Shown here: piece by piece, positions 28,236 through 38,170 of the stretch | How positions within the stretch are numbered: the first letter of the stretch is position 1 | How the letters are laid out: each line of letters begins with the position of its first letter | Assembly: GCF_036321535.1 (NCBI RefSeq) | Contig: NC_087436.1 | Span: 76,758,001 to 76,822,000, forward strand | Direction of reading: 5' to 3' | Length of the DNA: 64,000 nt | DNA from: Camelus dromedarius | Lineage: Eukaryota | The notes under the pieces: model-generated | What the model saw: the letters and a program-made list of their open reading frames with translations, nothing else | Databases searched by the model: none | What the model was told of the DNA's origin: nothing | Position numbers and translations under genes: made by a program

Positions 28236-30949
28236 AAAAGGTTGCTGATCAATTTTCACCAAGAAATATCCCTGCCTAAACTTCCGATTAATACGTAAAA
28301 TTTATATGATGCCACTATACACAAGTTATTTTGGACCAGGGGTAAAACGTCAATTAAATGTCTAAGTTCTATTGATACTTTCTTTGAAAAAAATTAATTT
28401 TTTTTTGTAATTTAAATGATTACATTTTGCATATTCCATACTCCACTTTTAGGGAACCAAACTGAATCAACACTTTCGCCAGCTTACATGCATAATTAAG
28501 AGATGGTTTTATTTAAGCTATGAAATGGTATCAGAAAAGCTCTCTATTTCATGAATGTTATTTTCCACTGAAGCAGACATTAGTTGATGACATACACACT
28601 GAGAAAATATGTCCTATAGGAATATATATACACATATATTCATATTAAACATAATATACACACACACACATACACATCCACTCATAAATCAGGCAGTGGG
28701 ATTGTAGTAATAATGGCATGCTCACAACCTGAGTTATTCTAGTAAAAATTTGTCTTTCAAATATGTATTAACCAAAGTTAATTACTTTTACCAATTTAAA
28801 CAGGGTATTTAAAGTATTTTAAGGATACCCTGAAATATAGACAAGAGATAATAAAAATGAGAGAGATTTGTGGTCACATAAAGGCTAGAAAAGCTTAGTG
28901 GTACTCTTTTCCAATGATGCCACGTTATAATTGACCTAACGCACCATTTAAAATTTCAGATCCTTATAGAAATAAAACATAAGCAATCACTCTACAATTT
29001 AAAAAAAATTGATTTTTTCTCTACCCTCTCATTTAAGTATGAAAAAGAAAATTTATGAAAGCACTGTGGGCAATAGGACTGACTGAGTTAGGCTAAAATA
29101 AAGGGCTATCTTACAGCCCCTAAAATCTATTACAAAGTTTGGCTATATGACACAAAATGTTTAGATGGAATTTAAAAACTAAATTTAAGAGTGCAGTCAT
29201 TAGCAGCATAATTCCAAGCACTGAAAACATGTGACATATCAAACTGTCTGAGTGGAGGTTTCAGTCTGCTCAGAAATACCCACAAGTGGTTTACATTTTG
29301 CAAACGTGATGGGGAACTCAAAGGCAGTATGGCACAAAATCTCTGCTTTCCAGATGCTTCTTCATCCTGAAGATGAAGTGGTTTAACAGCACAGGGCACT
29401 GGGTGACTTGTAAGCATGACAGAGTTCAGAGTAATCCCTGGGAGGTTGAGAATCACTGAAGAAGCCACCACTGAAGAGGGTGAGGCCTGTTTTGAGCATG
29501 AGAATTCAGAAGCAGGACTGACAGAGGAATGAACATAAATTTAGAACTGGGGATGTGAGCCAGGGCTCCAGCTGCAATCATTTGCCACTGAGATTATCAG
29601 GCTCCTCTGGTTCTTTTTAAATAAACCTGTGCTCAGGTTGGGTTTTTGTAGGGTTTTTTCCTGTAGATTTTAAAAAAATCAAATGGCTGACACTGAGTTT
29701 TGTCATGGTGAACATTCGTTTTAAAGCAGCTACCATCAATCATCTTAAAAAATGAAAATCATATCTGTACATTTAATAGAAGTCCTCTCCACGTAATAAA
29801 TTTAGCTTAATTGGAAACTCACTATGCACTTATGTTTCTTATTTCACCATTGACTGATAAAAATTTTGCCACATGCTAGCGTTTCTCCCCGGGCCACTGC
29901 TTCCCGGCTGCCCCACTCCAAAGGAGACCTTTGAGTCAGCACCTTTCCTTTATTGCGGTGGTCACACAGCTATTTCCTCAGGTGAGGAAGCCTAAATATT
30001 ATTAATGGTAACAGTTTACTGTAGAATCTTTATTACCTGGCCACACTCTGGAGCTTTACTTGTCAGACTAATATTTTAACCAAATCTGTTACGCCATATA
30101 TGTGTGTGTGCACAGTTAATGAGTTTTTATAGTCTCCCCAGTGAAAATTATTACAAATTCTTCCATTTTTCCCTGGCTGATTCTAGGTGCTAGAGGGGGA
30201 AACTTCCTCAAGAAAGAAAAATGCTTCCATTAACATGTAAACCTTACTTTGGGTTTTTAATATTCAAATACAGGTAGGAAGCCTTTACAAACAGGAAGAA
30301 AACTGAAGTCAATGCAATTTTCTAAATTTTGTCTTACTGAAAAATTAAATACATCTGGGAAAAATATCTAACTCTAGTTCACCTGCATGTAATAAAAAGC
30401 TCTATGAGTTTAAAAACAAAGAAATAGTGGGTGTGTTTCGCGGGTGTTACTATTACTGGGATTCTTTTATTGCCCTATTTTAATTTATGTCTGCTTACTG
30501 GTGAATGAGGGACTGCGCCGTCTGAAGGTTAACATAACCTCGATTACAGACAAGCAGCTCCTTGGAGATTTAATTGGTTTGTGGAACAACTCCAAAACTA
30601 GGACTGTGCTTTCTTCTTTCTTTGCTTTGCTGCTTCTCTAACTCTCTTCTTTTCAGACAAAAAAAAGAGAACGCATGGTAATGCATCATTTATAAATTAC
30701 CTTGTTATTGCAAAAACAAAACACTGCTTTGAAAACCAAACTCACTCCTGCTGCGGACTCCAGCATGTTTGATGGAGGCCCTTCAAAAGAGTCCACGGCT
30801 TAATGGAGGCTGTTTACGTGGAGACTCCGATCTGTACCTGCTGTCCCCCGTCACTCCCTGGAAACTTGGCGGCAGATGTTGCAGCGTTAAGTTGTCTCTG
30901 AAGTGGCTTTCTGTCCCGTCTCCCCACCGCAACGGAGTCAAACTTCATT

Positions 30950-31510
30950 AGATCTCTTTATTTGCGCCTAAGGCAAGTTTGGGATCGCAGCTGTGTCCAC
31001 CCCCACTCCTACCTTTGGTGTTTCAGGCCTCCAGGCAGCGAGTGTGAGACCAAAACGGTTCTGCCGCTCTCAACTACCTCCGCTGACAATCGGGCCGCTC
31101 GCTGCGGGCTGGGGAGGCCGCTGCCGCCGCCGCAAACAGATGTCGGCGACAACCTGCTAGCTTACACCTGGACGCGCGGCCCGACCTTCGCGCGCCGCGC
31201 GCTGAAACATTTATGACTCCGAGGAGCTGCAGCCACAATCAAAGCCTCTGCCTGGTCTGCGTGCAGCCCGCCAACCCCGCCACCCTGGCAGGAGCTGGCG
31301 GCGCCGAAAGGTGGCGGGTGCGGGGGGCAGAGCGAGAGGTTTCTCGCGCCGCTTTGATACTTTATGCCTGAACTTCAGTTACTTGATCAAGGACTTCAGT
31401 TCAGCAGTGAGTTCCGCTAACGAGCCCGCTGTGGCCTCTGAGCCATAAAAGGAGAGCATTTGGCTTGAAATTCAGCGTGACGGGACTCGCAGAGTAAATG
31501 TGCGTGACTC
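30950..31510. promoter_or_regulatory. Intragenic CpG island in intron 16 (candidate promoter, enhancer or insulator)
   Basis: Abrupt GC- and CpG-dense block (cgcgcgccgcgc, gccgccgccgc, tctcgcgccgc) in otherwise AT-rich, CpG-depleted DNA; not recognisably repeat-derived. Confidence 0.8.
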
Positions 31511-31875
31511 TGGGTTTAGTTCTAAGTACACTGATTTGTTCACTAAACTAAACTCTCAAGAGGCAGAATCTGCAGTAAACAGTTTATAAATAAATGACAA
31601 GATTGGTTTCCAACGTAGAAAACAGGCAGTTGACTAGGCAGAGGTTCTATTATTTTGAAACCATCAGCCACAACCTCAAAACAATTGTGTTTTGTTGTCT
31701 CTCAAGCAGCATAAAGTTTGTTGTCTTTTTTTTTTAAAGAAAGAGTGTGACTGCTACTTCTGTTAATATTCAGAAAAGAGAAAGCTTTCTCGTTTGTTTC
31801 TTGGCAAAGTAAAACAAACTGCTTCCAAATGTTAGCCACTATATATAAAAATAGATTTTAAAAAACAAGTTTTTT

Positions 31876-32030
31876 GGGAACAATACTCAATATCTTATAA
31901 TAACCTTTAATAAAAAAGAATATGAAAACAAATATATGTATGTATATGCATGACTGGGACATTGTGCTGTACACCAGAAACTGACACATTGTAATTGACT
32001 GTACTTAAAAAAAAACAAAAAACAAAAAAA
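31876..32030 (+). mobile_element. Short camelid-type L1 3' end
   Basis: gggaacaatactcaatatctt...tgctgtacaccagaaactgacacattgtaattgactgtactt plus A tail. Confidence 0.85.
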
Positions 32031-33474
32031 CCTGCATCCATATCCAAAGATTAGAAAATGTTTTCAAAAGTCCTCCTAATTTCTACAATGTACACATGCT
32101 TTATACACATACATCCCTCTTAAACCATCATGCACACATTTCATAAAAAGCATAATCAAATGTAAACACACCTTTACAAGCACAGGAAAATAACAAAATT
32201 ATTTGCAAAATGTATTCACCAATGTATATATTGATAACAAAGTTTCTTTTAAAAAGAATTGTCTTTAAGTAGCTAATAACATTTGTACCAATGAATTATT
32301 TGATATGCAGAGACAAACCTTCTCAGTGAGAATCAATATCTGTCTTTATATATACCATATATATATAGTATACACATATATATGAAATCATTCATGAGTA
32401 GTTTGAGTGGTTTGGGTTCAGTATTTTAAATTAGTTTAATCAAATGCTGATTTGTTTCAGAGAAGTAAGGTTGAAGACCTCTAAGGTTAAAGAATTTTAC
32501 CCTTCCTTATGCTGTGGAGCCCAGTCACATCTAAAGCTATCCCCAAAACTACAAGACTAATTTTCTCATTCAGTGATTATGCCCTGGTTTGCCTAGAAAA
32601 TTCAACACAAAGAATAGACAAAAAGCTAGAGGACACTGCTACTTGGACATCTTAGTCTCCCAAATTTAAATTTTTCTCTACTCCATGTAATCCTATGAGA
32701 CAAACCATGTCTATATAAACTAAATTTGTAAAAACCGTAGAGTTCAGACAGTTTAATTTTTGAGGGCTTAACTAATTAGCCACAATAAATAGAAGGTAAC
32801 AGTGAGCCATGGTCTTCTTCTCATGCATAGATAAAGCATTACCAAAGCAAATCATCTCATCTTAACATCACACATCAAAATTAGCTGTGCCAAATATGCT
32901 CTGAGTCCCTTGTTCTCTTTCTGCCTTTGGGTCCTCAATTTCTTACTAGGTAAATTAAGTTTATCAAATGAAAGACACTCTGAAGCAAAAAAAAAAAAGC
33001 ACTAGAAGTTTTAAAATATTATATGTTCTTTTTTGTAAATAAAATTTGTGGGGTGCTAGAGTGTGAGTACAGATTATGCCATGCACCATGCAAATATGAT
33101 TTTATTTAGACACCTAATTAAATATTACTTTTGGATAATATTATTTGATGTATTATGGTTATTATAAAGCCTTTTAAGTAAAATTCACCAAATATTTAAT
33201 ATAATTAAGCATCCTATTTGGTGCAGATTCTTTGGGGCATCACAGAGTCCCATAGGTTGGCCTTATCAATAATGATATTTATTACACTCCAGAGGAAAAG
33301 AATAGAGCAATTGAAAGGCTTCATTCAGAAGAAGAAGCCAAGAAGAAAATTAGCATAGCATATAAGAAATGCACAAACTGGTATAAGAAATTAGCAACTG
33401 TGAAAGTGAGAGCATAGTGGAGGTAAATGTGCTTGAAAGAAACAAAGAGGGAAAAAGAAGATGGATGAAGGCAT

Positions 33475-33516
33475 AGAAGGAAGGAAGGAAGGAAGGAAAG
33501 AAGGAAGGAAGGAAGG
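33475..33516. repeat. (GGAA)n microsatellite
   Basis: Direct reading. Confidence 0.9.
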
Positions 33517-34509
33517 TCAGGGAGGAAAGCATTCTAGAGATCATGTGATGGAGATAGTATAACGGCTGCCTAAAAAATAATGTAAACATATAAAAAACAT
33601 TGGGATGCTTCAGTTGTCTTAGTAGTGTACAGAACACTAATTCTGCCAAAGTATTAGAATGACTCACTAGGTAATTTTATAATCTCTGAAAAAATACAGA
33701 TTATAGTTATGTTATGTGTATGGGATGGGAAGTTTATATTGGAGTTAATTCTATCAAGTAAAGAGGACCTGGTAGATGATGTGGAGTTGACAGAAACTTA
33801 GATATTATTAATAATCTTTCTGAAACATGAAAAATGGGGAAATGGGAAGTAAAAAAGAAGGGAGGGCAGAGATTTACCATGTTGTCTAGAGGAAAACAGT
33901 TCTATGCTGATAACTATCGATTTGACATCAAACCTCAGTCTAAAAAAATAATAAATATTATAAAGGATCATAGCAGGAATCAGAAGCTTAGAGCAAATCA
34001 TGCCATAGTTACCTGATTTCCATGATCATTTTGCATCATTGGTTTGGTTGGATGGGGGAATAAAAACTATTTAACACAATTTATTAAATATCCTTGTGAA
34101 TAAGACGGTAAACTGAGTTTATACTATTGGCTGGGCTCCTAACTTTACCATATTACTGTCAATTAACTGTGCAGAGTGTCAACCTGTGAGGAAGGTTCCC
34201 ATGGAGTACCCCATTGAGGTTTTAACCATGGCTTGAAATAAGTGATGAAAATTTGCAGTTGACGAATTTTTGGAAGCAGTAAGGCTATCAAGGATAGTTA
34301 TTATGAAGAGAAATTACGTCAGACTGTGTCAGGCACACACAGAATCATAATGTATATTTGATGGAAAAACAAATCAATTAATTGAGCAGCAATTGATATT
34401 TTCTAAGCTTAAAGTCCTGCATTTAAATAAAAACAAATTAAAAATCATAAATCACATATATAGGTGAAGAGTGAAAAAGTGGAATTTTAGTTAATAACAC
34501 ACAGTAAAG

Positions 34510-34810
34510 ATTTGCAATCTTTTATCTATAGTTTTGAAATACACAATCTTTGAAAACTGAAAGTTTCATGTTAAGTTTGTCACCAAAATTCATTTGGAAG
34601 CAAAATCTGACCTGAATTGACTTAAGAGTATCTAGTCTGTATTTATTCACTTGCAGTAATTAATATTTCTGAAGCAGAATGTCTCAATAATGAGATTAGA
34701 TGATGCTTTACATAATATATATGGACTATATCAGATCCCTAAAATCTGAAAAATTCTCAATTTTGAAAAAATTTAACCTCAAGAGTCAGAATAAATGGCT
34801 TTAAGGGTAT
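34510..34810 (-). mobile_element. MER46C-like Tigger DNA transposon, degenerate
   Basis: gaaaactgaaagttt..taagtttg..cattt.g.agcaaaatctgacctgaattgac..attaatatttctg..aaaatctgaaaaattct. Confidence 0.65.
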
Positions 34811-35779
34811 ATCAGACAAAAGTGTAATCAAATTACTAAAAAAACACAGGAAACAGTCAAAATAATGCAAGCATTACTCTTCCTTCAACCATGGAAAAAT
34901 AAATAATGCTTTACCTGGTGGGGCAACATGGAGAATATTCTAGCACTATAATTTAAGAAGAATGTTAGATTTACTTGGTATCTAACGAAGTGCTGGGTAC
35001 ATATTAGACACCAGATAAATATTTGTTGAATGAATGAATGAGTATAATGCATCATTCAAAAGCACAAATATATCAGTTTATGCAAACTCAAAGATTTCTT
35101 CTCTTCTGTTCCCAACCTATCATTGTGGTTTTAATCCCCAGCCCTCAGACTGTCTTGTAATCCACAAATCACTGTTCTCGGCTGCCTCAGAGATTTTGCT
35201 TATGATGTTGCATCTGTGGAAATACGCATTGCACCTAACTCCACCTGATGAAACCCTATCCATTTTCAAAGATAGAAGGCCTATATTTTTTAATAAGCAT
35301 TCCCAAATTCCTCCAGTGAGAGTTAATCTCTCTTCACTATGCACTCAGAAGTACTTGATACCTACCTATGGTATGGCCCAGTCCAGATTCTGGAATAAAT
35401 TTTATTTTTGTATCTGTCTCATTTCCCCCCAAAAATTTCAGGTTTCTTAAGGGCAAAGTCTATAGTTTGTACCCACCTCCCCAATTTTACCTGATGCCAT
35501 TACTTGTGCAAATTTATAATCCAAAAATTTTTTAATTTAGTCAAAATTACTACAAATGATAAAAATAAACAAAATTTCAATCATAAGAATTAAAAAATAT
35601 AGAAAGTATTGACAAGGTTTCTGGAACCACTCTCTGTTTTTACTAATACATCTTCAGGGCTAGCATGATACCCCACACTTAAAAAGATGAAAATTATTGA
35701 GCAAATGAACTAATGTCTAACATGAAGGAGAGAAAACTAAGATGATCATGAAAACAATTTTAAAACCTTCAAAGTGAAA

Positions 35780-36050
35780 GTCTAGCGTATTGACGAATAG
35801 AGTTGTTATATGTTGTTCCAGAAGCAGAACTCCTGATGGTGCATAAATTGAAACAGAGGCACAGATTTCATTACATATAAGAAATTTCTGTTAATCGCAT
35901 TGGTTTGGTAATGAAAGAGGCTGCTTCACAACCCACGTGGTTCTCTCTACCTCTGGTCCTAGCAAAGGGTAAATGATCTGTTAGGAATATGCCAGGACTG
36001 TTTTCTCAAATTGCTTTTCTAAATGGCTGAACTCAGATGTTGTTAAGATT
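35780..36050 (+). mobile_element. L3/CR1 LINE fragment
   Basis: ttccagaagcagaact...gaggcacagattt...ataagaaatttct...aatgaaagaggctgc. Confidence 0.55.
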
Positions 36051-36862
36051 ACCTCCATTTCATAGAAGTAAAATCTTAAAATTTAGACGTTTTTGTATTT
36101 TTGATATCAAGCTAGAATCGTGTAACACTAAAGATAGCATGGCATTGTAAAGTAAGTATTAATTTCATCAATTATTTCACCCTTAAAAAATTAGCCTATC
36201 TAACCTGAATAAGCCACAATGCTCTGAAGCTGAGATGAATGAAGATCACGCACTTGTTAACACAGAATGATGATCACATTGACACATAATGAAACAGTCC
36301 TGTTATTATTGCTAACAGTGTCCTGTCTCTGAATCAAACCTGCCCACTGTTACATATGAATGAGTTTTAAGCTATTTTTCTTATATGGATACAACAGGAA
36401 ATAGAGCTGATACATTACAGAAATTATAAAACTAGAGTAATTCTAGCCAAATTTCCAAAAACAAAAACAAAAAAGCCTCAAATAGGCTTCCTTGATAGGG
36501 AAAATGCATAACATATATGTGTGTGTGTATGTATGTATTTTTATACATAAATGTGTGTATCTCACCATTGCAGACTTCCACAATGCTTCATAACGTTAAA
36601 GGCACTTTCATATAGACAAGAAATTAGATTAAATCAAATGTTGGAGGCAGGAAAATACCTATTTATACCTAAAGCAGTGGAGACTCTGAGGCATGTGCCC
36701 ACTGGGTAAACCTCAGAACCCGATGTCATCCAAGTCAAAGGCTAGAGTGACGAGGGTGCTTATTACAGTCTGTGTGCGGTGGATCTTAATTTTTGTGTTA
36801 CTTGAAAAAGTCCTTGTGTTAAAGCACAGCGTTTAAAGACATATTCTAACAATAGAGAATCA

Positions 36863-36868
36863 TTTATT
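36863..36868 (-). terminator. Candidate poly(A) signal for the exon-16 read-through isoform
   Basis: AATAAA on the minus strand (tttatt on plus) about 83 nt after the read-through stop, followed by U/GU-rich sequence (tgtcttt...gctgtgcttt). Confidence 0.6.
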
Positions 36869-36950
36869 AAGCACTCCACCTAACAGGAATTTGCACGAGA
36901 CAATAATTCCTTCCTCGACTGTAATGAGGACTTTAGATTCTTTTTGATTA

Positions 36951-37025
36951 TTATTTCACTGCCTTCGTCACACAGACCCGTGAGGCCAGGGTCAGGATTT
37001 TCCCAGCACATCCCCACATACAAAC
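36951..37025 (-). CDS. ANTXR2: Exon 16 read-through extension, alternative C-terminus [24 protein letters not shown] (counterpart of the human 489-aa isoform tail)
   Basis: In frame past the weak GTTTGT donor to TAA at 36953-36951. The first residues resemble the human read-through tail VCIWECIEKELTA (recalled). Expression cannot be shown from DNA. Confidence 0.65.
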   Translation of the reverse strand, partial: VCMWGCAGKILTLASRVCVTKAVK

Positions 37026-37106
37026 CTCATCTCCTTCCTGAGGTCGCATCAAGGAAACCCTGTCGTACTGCCGCCGCAACAGAGCCCAGAGCGCGTCCAG
37101 CCGACC
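37026..37106 (-). CDS. ANTXR2: ANTXR2 exon 16 (81 nt)
   Basis: ctccctccag|GGT CGG CTG ... GAT GAG|gtttgt; encodes [27 protein letters not shown]. Confidence 0.98.
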
Positions 37107-37417
37107 CTGGAGGGAGACGGGATTTGTCAATTCCGGGGGAGTGTGCTCCACACCGGTTTGCTAAATAGGTGCACTGAAGTGAAGAGGGTAAAGCCTTATT
37201 CTCTACTCTCATTTCTTTCGTAAGTTAGACGAATAAATAAATAACAGCAATGGAGTTTCTTGTTGCCCAGAAAGTGTTCACTTGCTATAAGGTGAACTGA
37301 ATGTCTGCTATTTGATGTACCTCGGTCCTCCTTCAGATAAATGGGGGCAGGGAGACTAAAGGGGCTACAGCTTCTCCAGAAAGTTGCACTGAAATCCCAC
37401 AAAGTTTGGACAGTCAC

Positions 37418-37585
37418 CTTAATCGGCGTGTACCACTTTGTCTGAGGAGGCTGGTGTGTGGGTTTGGGTCGGGGTGGTCTGGGCCTGACGGGTTCCTCTG
37501 GTTCTTCGGGAATCGTCACCACAGCATTTTTGGCTTTCTCTAGCCTTGCACCTTCCTCGGTAGATCCTTTATCACCCCAGCGGAC
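37418..37585 (-). CDS. ANTXR2: ANTXR2 exon 15 (168 nt)
   Basis: tttaaag|GTC CGC TGG ... ATT AAG|gtgact; encodes [56 protein letters not shown]; overlaps ORF 37196..37522. Confidence 0.98.
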
Positions 37586-37969
37586 CTTTAAAACAATGGG
37601 AAATACTAGTATCAGACGCAGAGTGGCCTAGAGGAACAAGTTCTTGTTTAGCTGGTTCATTGGTTCACCACCTCAGAGTCAAAGATGAACAGGCATCCTA
37701 ACTCCAAACTCCTCCGCTTGGAAGGTTTAATAGGTTTCTCACCACTCCTTAGGTGCTTAATATTAACATTCTAGAAATGGAGACCCTTTGTAAAAAATCT
37801 GGCATCAATTAAATTGATGCAACCATTTCTCCACTGTTTCAAATAAGGAGTTAATTTTTGGGGTATGTATGAAGTGCATGACAGTGTGTAACTCTATTCT
37901 CTAATGAGGTATGTTCTCCTTCCAGCTAAACACATACCCATATATACTGATGGCACTGGGGGAAACAGA

Positions 37970-38170
37970 CGATAATGATGGTGATAATTAGCATTTACTG
38001 AATGATTTCATGTGCCAGTCTGCATTTAATCCATACCAAAATGCAATGAGATGGATACTGTACTTTTTTCTTTCAGATGAGGAACTGAGACACAGAAAGG
38101 TTAAGTGTCATGCCCAAAGCCACACAACTAGTAAGTGGCAGGACAGGGATTTGAACATATGTAGTCTGAA
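37970..38170 (-). mobile_element. MIR SINE
   Basis: cagatgaggaactgagacacagaaaggttaagt..tgcccaaagccacacaactagtaagtggcag..ggatttgaac. Confidence 0.9.

Noticed and set aside
30962..31216. ORF within the CpG island
   Set aside because: Non-ATG start; stop-codon scarcity is expected from high GC
35034..35450. 138-aa ORF, the longest in the track
   Set aside because: Starts in an L2-like tgaa tail, lies in degenerate repeat-like sequence and has no protein features
1..36950. ANTXR2 terminal exon 17 (GRCINFSRVPSQ-like)
   Set aside because: No matching sequence seen by eye; it probably lies beyond position 1. TBLASTN would confirm.
36954..36968. Di-lysine ER-retrieval signal in ...TKAVK*
   Set aside because: Lysines are at -4 and -1, which is neither KKxx nor KxKxx
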